The notes beneath the pieces were generated by a model. It worked only from the letters and a program-made list of their open reading frames with translations. It ran no database searches and was not told where the DNA came from. A stretch of 64,000 nt of DNA from Halarcobacter sp. (GTDB taxonomy: Bacteria; Campylobacterota; Campylobacteria; Campylobacterales; Arcobacteraceae): NCBI GenBank assembly GCA_048571215.1, contig CP182352.1, positions 320,001 to 384,000 on the forward strand. Reading direction: 5' to 3'. Of the stretch, positions 21,712 through 31,369 are shown in pieces. Both the position numbers and the translations under genes were made by a program. Position 1 is the first letter of the stretch. Each line of letters opens with the position of its first letter.

Positions 21712-22359
21712 ATGAGAAAAATTTTATTAAGTTCGGCAGTAGCACTTTTATTATTAAGTGGATGTGGTGATGAAAAAAAGGAAGCACCAGCAACAGTTGA
21801 AAAAAAAGTTGAAACAGTAAAAGAGGATAAATCTTCTGAAACTAAACTAATGGACCAAATGAAAGAATCGGGAAGTCAAGTAGCTTCTACAATAGCAACA
21901 GAGTCAAAAAAAATTGCTGATGCAGTCCCCGAAGCTGTAAAAAGTGTAGGTGAAAAAGTAGCCAATACAACAAAAGAGATAACTGATGAAGTGGTAGAAA
22001 CTGCAAGTGCAACAAAAGATAAAGTAGTTGAAACTGCGAGTGAGACAAAAGATAAGATTGAAAAAAGTATTAATGAGATAGTTGCAACTAAAAAAGAGCA
22101 AGTTGTATCACAAGATGAGATTAATGTAAAAGGTTTATATCTAAAATGTGCAGGTTGTCATGGTCAGCAAGCACAAATGGTAGCTTTAGGTAAATCAAAA
22201 ATTATTAAAGACTTATCAAAAGATGAGATTGTAACAGCACTTAAAGGTTATCAAGATGGAACATATGGTGGAGTTATGAAAGGTGTGATGAAAAGTCAAG
22301 TTGCAAACCTATCTGATAAAGAGATTGATGCTCTTGGTGAATATATATCTGCTTTTTAA
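21712..22359 (+). CDS. Lipoprotein cytochrome c (c553-like domain on a long low-complexity tether)
   Basis: ATG at 21712 after AAGGA; lipobox LSGC; CAGCH heme motif; MKGVM axial Met region. Confidence 0.85.
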   Translation: MRKILLSSAVALLLLSGCGDEKKEAPATVEKKVETVKEDKSSETKLMDQMKESGSQVASTIATESKKIADAVPEAVKSVGEKVANTTKEITDEVVETASATKDKVVETASETKDKIEKSINEIVATKKEQVVSQDEINVKGLYLKCAGCHGQQAQMVALGKSKIIKDLSKDEIVTALKGYQDGTYGGVMKGVMKSQVANLSDKEIDALGEYISAF

Positions 22360-22362
22360 AAA

Positions 22363-23031
22363 TTGAATATATTACCACTAGATAAATATTCTTATACTTT
22401 CCCAAACCCTTTGTATGCTTGTGATGAAGGTTTACTTGCATATGGAGGGGATCTATCCCCTACAAGACTTTTAACAGCATATGCAAAAGGAATTTTCCCT
22501 TGGTATAACAAAGAAGATCCAATCCTTTGGTGGAGCCCAAATCCAAGACTTATTTTAGATTTAGATGAATTAAAAGTATCCAAATCCCTAGCTAAAACTA
22601 TAAAAAAAGGTATCTATGAAATAAAGTTTGATACTAATTTTAGACAAGTAATGAATGAGTGTTCTAAAATTCCAAGGGAAGGACAAAAAGGAACTTGGAT
22701 ATTACCAGAGGTTATAGATGCCTATTGTACTTTACATGAAATGAATTTTGCCCATAGCTTTGAAGCTTATTTTGAAGGAGAGTTAGTTGGCGGAGGATAT
22801 GGTATAAATATAGGAGATATCTTTTGTGGAGAATCAATGTTTGCAAAAAAAAATGATGCCTCAAAAGTTGCTTTATATTACTTAGTACAAAAACTAAAAA
22901 CAAATGGTTTTAAACTTATAGATTGTCAAATACCAACTCCTCATTTGAAAAGTTTGGGAGCAAAAACTATTTCAAGGGAGAAGTTTTTACAACTTGTTAA
23001 CTCTTCAATAAATAATCCAAAAGAGTTTTAG
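22363..23031 (+). CDS. aat: Leucyl/phenylalanyl-tRNA-protein transferase
   Basis: GLLAYGGDL, GIFPW, WWSPNPR, FCGESMF, DCQ. Confidence 0.96.
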   Translation: MNILPLDKYSYTFPNPLYACDEGLLAYGGDLSPTRLLTAYAKGIFPWYNKEDPILWWSPNPRLILDLDELKVSKSLAKTIKKGIYEIKFDTNFRQVMNECSKIPREGQKGTWILPEVIDAYCTLHEMNFAHSFEAYFEGELVGGGYGINIGDIFCGESMFAKKNDASKVALYYLVQKLKTNGFKLIDCQIPTPHLKSLGAKTISREKFLQLVNSSINNPKEF

Positions 23032-23035
23032 AAAA

Positions 23036-23890
23036 TTATTTATTATTAGTATTTAATGTATCAATATCATGAAATGGTAAAATTGGTTCAACTACACTAT
23101 ATAAAAATTTATTTTTATTAAAAACAGTTTTTGAAATAATTCCTACTAATTTTCCATCTTGAAATACTCCACCACCACTATTTGATGGTATTGCCAAACA
23201 GTCACTTCTTATCTCTTCTTTTTTTTCTAAGTCTGTATAATCTAATGTGGTGTTTAGCCCTGTAGGGGTATTTTTAGCTTTATAAAACTTACAGTTTTTT
23301 TCTTCTAATAATACATTGTAGTACATACCTTCTTTGGACATTGAATAATATTTAAAAATCCCTTTTTTATCTAACTTTAGTTTTGATATTTTTAGTTTAG
23401 AGATGGTTTTACTAGGTATATAGTTCAAATCAAATCGTATATTTTTTGATTGTTTTATTCCACAATGTTTAGCCGTATATATTTTATTATTGGCATGTAC
23501 ACCATTGCAGTTTTTGAATTTTTTAAAATAGTTATACTCTTTGTTGATAGTTGGATTATCTGAATTCATATTTAAATATTTAGGGATTTGTTCTAAACTA
23601 TTTTTAGAAAAAGTATATTTGAAAGTTAGATTATCTAAATATTTATCAAGCATTAAAATATTGGTATCCATTGCTTCCACAGTAAATTCTGGATTAGGAT
23701 TTTGTATTAAAAAATTTTTGAATTTAATCAAACAACTTTTTGTTGATTTTAAATAATTATAAGACAATCTGACATTATCACTAAATTGTCTAGCCTTTTC
23801 ATATTTTTTACTACAATCATCCCATGTAAAAGCGTAAATACAATCAATACTTATTAACAAAATAAAGAATATTACATATAGCTTTCTCAT
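23036..23890 (-). CDS. Exported protein with a compact trypsin-like serine-protease domain
   Basis: Signal peptide; YTAKHC (His motif) and PSNSGGGVF...LVGIIS (GDSGG-like). Confidence 0.6.
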   Translation of the reverse strand: MRKLYVIFFILLISIDCIYAFTWDDCSKKYEKARQFSDNVRLSYNYLKSTKSCLIKFKNFLIQNPNPEFTVEAMDTNILMLDKYLDNLTFKYTFSKNSLEQIPKYLNMNSDNPTINKEYNYFKKFKNCNGVHANNKIYTAKHCGIKQSKNIRFDLNYIPSKTISKLKISKLKLDKKGIFKYYSMSKEGMYYNVLLEEKNCKFYKAKNTPTGLNTTLDYTDLEKKEEIRSDCLAIPSNSGGGVFQDGKLVGIISKTVFNKNKFLYSVVEPILPFHDIDTLNTNNK

Positions 23891-24042
23891 AATATAGAAT
23901 TATACTATATTTTATAGATAAAATCAAAAAAAATTAAAATTAGTTTTATTTTATTAGTTTAAAAGTAAAACAATAAAAATAAGTAAAAATTATAAGTGAT
24001 TCTAAAGAAAATCATTGTAAAATTCCAAAAAAACTAGGATTA

Positions 24043-24789
24043 ATGATGATAAGAAAAATTGATATTGAAAGCCAAGAGTTTCAAATCCAATTAGAACTTA
24101 CTAAAAAATTTACAGATAATGTTTGTAAAGATTATGGTTTTGTTTACAATCCTGAAGCTGATGTAAATGAATCTATCCAAAATGGACTTACTAGAAATAA
24201 ATTGATATATGATAATAGATATTGCCCATGTTTTATGGTTATAGGAAAAACACAAGAGGAAAAAGATAAGGCTGATAATAGACTTTGTCCCTGTACTCCT
24301 GCCTTAAAAGAAGAGATTCCAACTCAAGGGCATTGTCACTGTGGTATATTTTGTACCCCTGAGTACGCAAAAAAACTTGAACAAGAACAAGAAGCTGAAC
24401 TTGCAGTTCATGAACAATCTAGAGCTTTATCAACGCAAGAGTGTGAAATCTTACTTCAAAAAGACAATTTAGATAGTTCTGAACTTGAAGCCTTACTTGA
24501 ATCAAGGGAAGAAAAACTAATTGATTTTAATTTAGTTGATGTAAGAGAGTGGATGGAATGGGTTGGTGCTAGAATCAAAGGAACAGATTATTTAGTTCCA
24601 ACTACTTCTTTTTATAACTCTTTAGAACAAATAGAAAAACAAAAAGAGAAACCTGTAATTGTTTATTGTCATATTGGAAGTAGAAGTGCTTATTGTCAAC
24701 GAATGATGAGAGATATGGGATATAAGACTGTATCAAATTTACATTATGGAATAGCTTCATATCAAGGTGAACTTATTTCGGGAGAATAG
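24043..24789 (+). CDS. Ferredoxin:thioredoxin reductase catalytic-subunit domain fused to rhodanese
   Basis: CPC...CPC...CHC FTR motif set; C-terminal LVDVRE...YCHIGSRS rhodanese. Confidence 0.85.
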   Translation: MMIRKIDIESQEFQIQLELTKKFTDNVCKDYGFVYNPEADVNESIQNGLTRNKLIYDNRYCPCFMVIGKTQEEKDKADNRLCPCTPALKEEIPTQGHCHCGIFCTPEYAKKLEQEQEAELAVHEQSRALSTQECEILLQKDNLDSSELEALLESREEKLIDFNLVDVREWMEWVGARIKGTDYLVPTTSFYNSLEQIEKQKEKPVIVYCHIGSRSAYCQRMMRDMGYKTVSNLHYGIASYQGELISGE

Positions 24790-24852
24790 TTGTAACTAAG
24801 ATGTAAATAAATTAGCATATAATTTTTTTTCTTGCCCCTTATGCGATTATTT

Positions 24853-24883
24853 TATAATATCCCAATCTTTTTGGGATATTATA
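24853..24883. terminator. Probable bidirectional terminator hairpin between convergent genes
   Basis: Perfect 13-bp inverted repeat TATAATATCCCAA-tcttt-TTGGGATATTATA. Confidence 0.6.
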
Positions 24884-25948
24884 TTAAACCTTATGATCTT
24901 CGTTTATCTTTAGAATATAAATATCATCACTAAATTTTTTAAGTAGTTGAACAAGTGAGATAAAAAAAGTAACCATAGCTGGACCTATAATCATACCCCA
25001 AAATCCAAAAGTTGAAAGTCCTGCAACTATTGAGAAGAATATTAAAAGTTCATTTACAGCAGTTGGGGTTTTTACAACTTTTTTATTTATATATTTTATT
25101 ATAACAGGTTTTATAAAAGTATCTGCAATAATTGATATAACTAAAATAGAGTAGACTACAATTGCAATTGCATTCCCTATACTTCCTACATATATTTCAT
25201 AAATAGCAACAGGAAGCCACATTATTAAACCACCTACAACAGGAACAAGTGAAGCAAAACCGTATAATACCCCAAGTAAAATCCCATCATAATCAAAGAA
25301 ACTAATAAAAATACCAAATAAAAAGCCTTCTAATACAGCAGTAGCTAAAATTGAATATAAAACCACACTCATTACATTTGAAGATTCATAAAATAGTGCA
25401 TTTGAGTCTTCACTTTTCAAAGGTAAGGCTTCTTTAAAATAGTGAGATAAACTTGTATTATAGAAGTTAAAAAAGAAATAAAATATAAGTATCATCACCA
25501 TATCTATAAAAAATTTTGCAGAGTTTTTACCCAAATACGCACCCATTGAGATAAGGTTTTGTATAAACTCTTTTACATCTATTTTTTCTAATAAATTAGT
25601 TAATTGATCCCTTATAGAAACAAAATTATCTGGTATGTTTTCTACCCAATCTTGTATAGTATTAAAGATATTTAAAAGTGCAGTTTGGTCTAATTTGTTA
25701 ATTAAACTTGCAAATGAAACAATACAATACAATATTGGAATAAAAAATATAGCAGTTAACAATATAGTCATAAATAAAGAGCTTATAAAATGATTTGGAA
25801 TAGTTCTTTTCATATAAAGGTTTAGTGAGTTTGTTGCAACTGCTAATAAAAGAGCTACAATCATAGGCTTTAAAAAAGGATTAAATAGTTCCAACATAAA
25901 AAATAAAGTAACAATAGTTAAACCAATTAAAAAGTATTGTGGTTTCAA
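24884..25948 (-). CDS. AI-2E family transporter
   Basis: Multi-[27 protein letters not shown]; downstream of ruvB as in other Campylobacterales. Confidence 0.9.
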   Translation of the reverse strand: MKPQYFLIGLTIVTLFFMLELFNPFLKPMIVALLLAVATNSLNLYMKRTIPNHFISSLFMTILLTAIFFIPILYCIVSFASLINKLDQTALLNIFNTIQDWVENIPDNFVSIRDQLTNLLEKIDVKEFIQNLISMGAYLGKNSAKFFIDMVMILIFYFFFNFYNTSLSHYFKEALPLKSEDSNALFYESSNVMSVVLYSILATAVLEGFLFGIFISFFDYDGILLGVLYGFASLVPVVGGLIMWLPVAIYEIYVGSIGNAIAIVVYSILVISIIADTFIKPVIIKYINKKVVKTPTAVNELLIFFSIVAGLSTFGFWGMIIGPAMVTFFISLVQLLKKFSDDIYILKINEDHKV

Positions 25949-26973
25949 AACAGTTTTCCTTGCTCATCTAGTTTTTCACTACCTGGATAGTTTAGTCTAA
26001 AAAGCTCATATGTTTTAACTGAAGCTAATCTTCCTCTTGCAGTTCTCTCTATAAATCCATTTGCAAGTAAATAAGGTTCAATTGCATCTTCAATTGTTCC
26101 CTCATCTTCACTTAAAGCAGCTGCCATAGTTGAAAGCCCCATAGGTTTACCTTTGTTTGAAACAAGAAGTTCAAGTAGCTTAATATCCATCTCATCAAAA
26201 CCGCTTTCATTTACTCCTAGTTCATCTAAAGCGTATTTAGATCTTTGTAGATGTATTGTATTTTCATTTTCAACTTCAGAAAAATCCCTAACTCTTCTTA
26301 GTAATCTTAAGGCAACTCTAGGGGTTCCTCTACTTCTTTTTGATATTTCTGATGCCGCATCATCTTCACAAAATTTATCTAGTTTAATAGAGGCTTTTTG
26401 GATAATTTTTGCTAACTCTTCATGGTTATAAAATTGCATTCTAAAATGCATACCAAATCTTTCCCTTAAAGGGTTACTTAACATTCCAGCCCTTGTTGTT
26501 GCACCAATTAGGGTAAATCTTGGTAGGTCTATTTTTACAGTTTGAGCTGCAGGCCCACTTCCAATAATAATATCAAGCCTATAATCCTCCATAGCAGGAT
26601 ACAAAATCTCCTCAACAGCAGGGCTAAGTCTATGTATCTCATCTATAAAGAGGATATCTCCCTCTTCAAGGTTAGTTAATATTGCAGCTAAATCGCCACT
26701 TTTTTCTATCATAGGTCCAGCTGTTATTTTTATATTTGTATTCATCTCATTTGAAATAAGATAAGATAGTGTTGTTTTACCAAGACCTGGAGGTCCATAA
26801 AATAGAATATGGTCTAAAGCTTCGTTTCTTTTTTTAGAGGCTTCTATAAATACCCTAAGGTTTTTTTTGATTTTTTCTTGACCTATATAATCATCCCAAG
26901 AAGAGGGTCTTAAACTTATCTCAGCATTATCCTCTTCAAATGATACTTGTTCAACTTCTACAACTCTTTCCAT
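25945..26973 (-). CDS. ruvB: Holliday junction DNA helicase RuvB
   Basis: [35 protein letters not shown]. Confidence 0.98.
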   Translation of the reverse strand: MERVVEVEQVSFEEDNAEISLRPSSWDDYIGQEKIKKNLRVFIEASKKRNEALDHILFYGPPGLGKTTLSYLISNEMNTNIKITAGPMIEKSGDLAAILTNLEEGDILFIDEIHRLSPAVEEILYPAMEDYRLDIIIGSGPAAQTVKIDLPRFTLIGATTRAGMLSNPLRERFGMHFRMQFYNHEELAKIIQKASIKLDKFCEDDAASEISKRSRGTPRVALRLLRRVRDFSEVENENTIHLQRSKYALDELGVNESGFDEMDIKLLELLVSNKGKPMGLSTMAAALSEDEGTIEDAIEPYLLANGFIERTARGRLASVKTYELFRLNYPGSEKLDEQGKLF

Positions 26974-26992
26974 TATAAAAGCTCCGATTTTG

Positions 26993-27020
26993 AATGAAAA
27001 ATGAAAAATGAAAAATGAAA
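26993..27020. repeat. Heptamer tandem repeat (AATGAAA)x4 between panB and ruvB
   Basis: Four perfect copies read directly. Confidence 0.85.
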
Positions 27021-27033
27021 AATTTTATTCATC

Positions 27034-27843
27034 TTAATACTCTTCCTCTTTTGATGGGAAAGATGAGTCTTGCACATCACTTCTATATTTGTTTACAGCT
27101 TGTTTTACTAGGTTTGCACCATCTAAATAGTGTCTTACAAATTTTGGTTTAAACTCTTCAAAGAAACCTAACATATCTGACCAAACTAATACTTGTCCAT
27201 CTGTATCTTTCCCTGCACCTATTCCTACTGTTGGGATATTTACAGCTTGAGTTATTTGTTTTGCAGCTTCACTCATAACACCTTCAACTACTATACAAAA
27301 GGCACCTGCTTCTTCTATAGCTTTAGCATCACGAATTAGTTGTTCTATATCTTCTTGTGTTTTACCTCTAACTTTATATCCACCTTCACTTCTTACATAT
27401 TGTGGCATTAGTCCAATGTGTCCCACAACTGCAATTGAGTTTGATGTTAGGTGTTTTACTATATGGGCTCTATCTTCACCACCTTCAATTTTAACAGCCG
27501 CCGCATTAGTCTCTTGGTAAACTTTTACTGCATTTTTTAGTGCTTCATTTTCGTTATTGTAAGTTCCAAAAGGCATATCTAAAACTACAAAGGCATCTTT
27601 TGCACCTGTACAAACAGCTTTGGTGTGATAAATCATTTGTTCCAAATTTGCACTTAAAGTATCAGGTTTCCCTGCGAAACTCATATTTAGACTATCTCCA
27701 ACCAATATAATATCAGCTATATCTTCAAACAGCTTTGCAAACAAGGCATCATAGGCAGTTATCATTGTTATTTTTTTATTATTTTTAGCTTTTTTAATTT
27801 TTGTAATATTCATTTTTTCATAATCGTTTTTTATAATACTCAA
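27034..27843 (-). CDS. panB: 3-methyl-2-oxobutanoate hydroxymethyltransferase
   Basis: ITAYDA, LVGDSL, VKIEGG, GHIGLMPQ, GIGAG. Confidence 0.97.
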   Translation of the reverse strand: MSIIKNDYEKMNITKIKKAKNNKKITMITAYDALFAKLFEDIADIILVGDSLNMSFAGKPDTLSANLEQMIYHTKAVCTGAKDAFVVLDMPFGTYNNENEALKNAVKVYQETNAAAVKIEGGEDRAHIVKHLTSNSIAVVGHIGLMPQYVRSEGGYKVRGKTQEDIEQLIRDAKAIEEAGAFCIVVEGVMSEAAKQITQAVNIPTVGIGAGKDTDGQVLVWSDMLGFFEEFKPKFVRHYLDGANLVKQAVNKYRSDVQDSSFPSKEEEY

Positions 27844-28039
27844 ATAGAATCCTTTTGATTATTTAGACAATATTGTACCTAAAAAATTCTTTTGAATAAA
27901 AACAATAATGGGTAGAATAGAAAATGTACATAAAATATATAACAAATTTGAAAAAAAAATGTAATTAATAGAAAAAAGAAAGTCTTAGTAAAACATAATT
28001 TTGTTAGAATACGCACTATATATACATAAAAGTTTACAA

Positions 28040-29449
28040 ATGAATAAAAATACAAAAATACAAAGACATTTAGCTGAACAATCAATCCTTTTTGCAAGTA
28101 TTACAAAGTGGATTTTATTGTCTTCATTGATTGGTGCATTAGTTGGTGCAGTAGTATCACTTTTTTTAAAGCTATTAGAATATTGTGAAGAATCAAGAAG
28201 TTTATTACCCTTTGATTATTATTATACCTTACCCTTTGCTTTGGCTTTTACTGTAGTTGTAGTGAAGAAGTTTGCACCAAGTGCTGAAGGGCATGGAACA
28301 GAAAAAGTTATTGAAGCAATACATAAAAATTCAGGAAAAATTGATATAAGTGTAGTTCCTGTAAAACTTTTTGCAACGGTTATTACTATATTTTCTGGGG
28401 GTTCTGTTGGTAAAGAGGGACCAGGGGCACAAATAGGTGCTTCTTTGGCTTCCTTTATTGCAATGAAATTAAGATTTACTGCAAAAGATAGAAAAAAAAT
28501 TGTTATTTGTGGAATTAGTGCAGGGTTTGCTGCTGTATTTGGAACACCTTTAGCAGGAGCTATATTTGGAGTTGAAATCCTTATTGTTGGTGCATTGATG
28601 TATGATATTTTATTACCTTCAATAGTTGCAGGGTTTGCATCATTTTTTGTTGCAAAAATGATTGGTATTGATTATTCTTATTTTTATATAGCTTTTTATT
28701 CTGATTTAGATTTTAATTATGCACTTTTAGCAAAAGTTGTAATTGGTGGAATATTTTTTGGTTTAGTAGCAGATTTTATAATCACAACACTAAAAGCTTC
28801 ACACGATTATATCTCTTCAATAAAATTAAATTATATTTTAAAAGCTTTCTTAGGTGGGGTATTTATTGTAATTTTAACAATGATTGTAGGGGAAGATTAT
28901 TTAGGTTTAGGCTTTGATACTTTAAAACAAGCTTTATCTCCTGATGAATTAATACATGAAAATATCCCTTGGTATACTTTTATAATGAAAACAATTTATA
29001 CCTCACTTACCTTAGGTTTTGGAGGAAGTGGTGGAGTTATCACTCCTGTATTTTATATAGGTGCAACAAGTGGAAACTTTTTTGGTTCTTTAGTTGATGG
29101 ATATATTCCCTTATTTGCAGCTTTAGGTTTTGTTTCTGTATTAGCTGGTGCTACAAGTGCCCCAATTGCAGCGATGATTATGGCTGTTGAACTTTTTGGT
29201 ATGAATGTTGCTCATTATGCTGCAATTTCAATTATCATTGCATTTTTAATGACTGGTCATAGAAGTGTATTCCCATCGCAAGTTCTTCATATGAAAAAAT
29301 CAGAAGCTATAGATGTAAATCTAGGGGGAGAGATTCTAAACACTGAAACCACATACACCACTAGATTTTTCTTGAATATACAAAAATTCATAAAAAGAGT
29401 TTTTTTAAGTAAAAATAAAGATAAAAGTGTAAAAGATGATAATCAATAA
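28040..29449 (+). CDS. ClC family chloride channel/antiporter (EriC-like)
   Basis: GGSVGKEGP, FGTPLAG and GGVITP motifs; likely ATG at 28040. Confidence 0.9.
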   Translation: MNKNTKIQRHLAEQSILFASITKWILLSSLIGALVGAVVSLFLKLLEYCEESRSLLPFDYYYTLPFALAFTVVVVKKFAPSAEGHGTEKVIEAIHKNSGKIDISVVPVKLFATVITIFSGGSVGKEGPGAQIGASLASFIAMKLRFTAKDRKKIVICGISAGFAAVFGTPLAGAIFGVEILIVGALMYDILLPSIVAGFASFFVAKMIGIDYSYFYIAFYSDLDFNYALLAKVVIGGIFFGLVADFIITTLKASHDYISSIKLNYILKAFLGGVFIVILTMIVGEDYLGLGFDTLKQALSPDELIHENIPWYTFIMKTIYTSLTLGFGGSGGVITPVFYIGATSGNFFGSLVDGYIPLFAALGFVSVLAGATSAPIAAMIMAVELFGMNVAHYAAISIIIAFLMTGHRSVFPSQVLHMKKSEAIDVNLGGEILNTETTYTTRFFLNIQKFIKRVFLSKNKDKSVKDDNQ

Positions 29450-29502
29450 GTTAAAAGTAGTTTTTAGATAGAATCTTTCCAAATTTACCATAGGATATTA
29501 TT

Positions 29503-30243
29503 TTGAAAAAACTTGTTGGATATATTACATCTTCAATTCCAGATAATAATTTTACAATAGACTTAGCTTTAAATATGAAAGAAGCTGGAGTTGATACCTT
29601 AGAACTAGGTGTTCCTTTTTCAGATCCAGTTGCAGATGGTCCTGTAATAGAAAAGGCAAATCAAATTGCACTTAAAAGTGGATTTAAACTTGAAGACTTA
29701 TTTGAGGTAAGTTCTCAAATAGCACCAAATATGGATATGTTATGGATGGGATATATGAATCCATTTTATCATTATGGTATGGAAAATTTCTTAAAAAAAG
29801 CAGATGAATTTGGTGTAAATGGGATGATTATTCCAGATGTTCCTTTTGAAGAAGCAGAGCTAATTTCACCCCTATTTAAAAAATACAATAAATCAAATAT
29901 ATCTTTTGTAGCTCCTACACATAATGAAAATAGAATTAAAAAAGTAGTAACAAATGCACAAAAATTTATCTATATGGTTGCTTATGCAGGTATTACAGGT
30001 AGTGGGAAAAGTGAAGATTTAAGTTTTATAATTGATAATGTAAAAAAATATACACAAACCCCTTTATATATAGGTTTTGGAGTAGATGAAAATAGTTGTA
30101 AAGAGAAAGCAAAAGGTGTTGATGGAGTTATTGTTGGAAGTGCCTTTGTTAAACATCTAATAGATGATAGTTTATCAAATAGTGAAAAAATCACAAGAAT
30201 TTGCTCAATTGCAAAAGAAATAAAAGATAAAATAAACGAGTAG
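29503..30243 (+). CDS. trpA: Tryptophan synthase alpha subunit (stand-alone)
   Basis: LELGVPFSDPVADGPVI, GITG, GFGV, DGVIVGSA. Confidence 0.96.
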   Translation: MKKLVGYITSSIPDNNFTIDLALNMKEAGVDTLELGVPFSDPVADGPVIEKANQIALKSGFKLEDLFEVSSQIAPNMDMLWMGYMNPFYHYGMENFLKKADEFGVNGMIIPDVPFEEAELISPLFKKYNKSNISFVAPTHNENRIKKVVTNAQKFIYMVAYAGITGSGKSEDLSFIIDNVKKYTQTPLYIGFGVDENSCKEKAKGVDGVIVGSAFVKHLIDDSLSNSEKITRICSIAKEIKDKINE

Positions 30244-30245
30244 TT

Positions 30246-30983
30246 ATGCAGAGTTTAGAAAGAGATGTTGAGTTTTTAGAGGAGAACAGAGATTGTTCTT
30301 ATTTTGAAAATGAGATATCAGACATCAGATATAGATACATAAGTAAATGTACAAAAGATGATTACCAAAATATGTTAGAACATGGCTGGAGACGATTTGG
30401 TAAGATGCATTTTGTACCTGAGTGTAAACATTGTACCAAATGTATATCTATGAGAATTGATGTAAAAAACTACAAATTTTCTCGCTCTGAAAAAAGAGTG
30501 TTTAGAAAAAATATGGATACAAAACTTTATATTCAAGCACCATCTTTAACCTTAGATCACCTAAGACTTTATGATAAATATCACCATAGAATGAATAAAA
30601 AGAAAGATTGGGTTTATTCACCTATTGAACCAGCAGAATATGATAGGTCATATGTTCAAGGGAAAGATGAGTTTACTAAAGAGTTCTTATATGTTAGGGA
30701 TAATAAACTAATTGGTGTAGCTTTAGTTGATATTTTATCAAAATCTATCTCCTCTATTTATTGTTTTTATGACCATGATTATGATTATTTGTCAATTGGT
30801 AAATTTTCAATTTTAGCACAAATAAAAATAGCAAAAGAGTTAAATATTCCATATATCTATTTAGGTTATTGGATAAAAGATCATTTATCTATGGGATATA
30901 AAGAGTCATACACTCCCTTTGAAGTCTTAAAAAATAGAGCAAGTTTAGATGAAGAGACAATTTGGGAAAAGTATAAAAAGTAA
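30246..30983 (+). CDS. ate: ATE-family aminoacyl-tRNA-protein transferase (arginyltransferase / Bpt-like)
   Basis: CSY, GWRRFG, CxxC, YCFYD...SIGKFSIL, YIYLGYWI...MGYK. Confidence 0.9.
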   Translation: MQSLERDVEFLEENRDCSYFENEISDIRYRYISKCTKDDYQNMLEHGWRRFGKMHFVPECKHCTKCISMRIDVKNYKFSRSEKRVFRKNMDTKLYIQAPSLTLDHLRLYDKYHHRMNKKKDWVYSPIEPAEYDRSYVQGKDEFTKEFLYVRDNKLIGVALVDILSKSISSIYCFYDHDYDYLSIGKFSILAQIKIAKELNIPYIYLGYWIKDHLSMGYKESYTPFEVLKNRASLDEETIWEKYKK

Positions 30984-31027
30984 ATTTATATAGTATACTA
31001 TTATCAATAAATAAAAAGTGAGAAAAA

Positions 31028-31369
31028 ATGTTTAGGTTATTTTTTATATTAGTATTTGTTTTTATTTCAAATACCTTTGCAGAAGTTATAGATGAAGAAG
31101 ATAAAAATATTGTTGATTGTTTAATTTTACAAGATGAAGATTCTATTGTGTGTAAGTATATGCATGAAAGAATGCAAACAGATAAAAATATTATTGTAAA
31201 ATGGATTGACCCACAAGGTGAGTTATCAAGACAAAGAACCTTGATTATACCTGCTGGTCATGGTTCAATTTATGATTTTAGATATATTCAAGGAAGAGAA
31301 AAAGGGCTTTGGCAATTTATTGTAATAGATGGTAAAGATGAATATTCAACTACTTTTGAAATACAATAA
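31028..31369 (+). CDS. Exported hypothetical protein (Ig-like beta fold possible)
   Basis: Signal peptide; WIDPQG...GLWQF pattern. Confidence 0.6.
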   Translation: MFRLFFILVFVFISNTFAEVIDEEDKNIVDCLILQDEDSIVCKYMHERMQTDKNIIVKWIDPQGELSRQRTLIIPAGHGSIYDFRYIQGREKGLWQFIVIDGKDEYSTTFEIQ

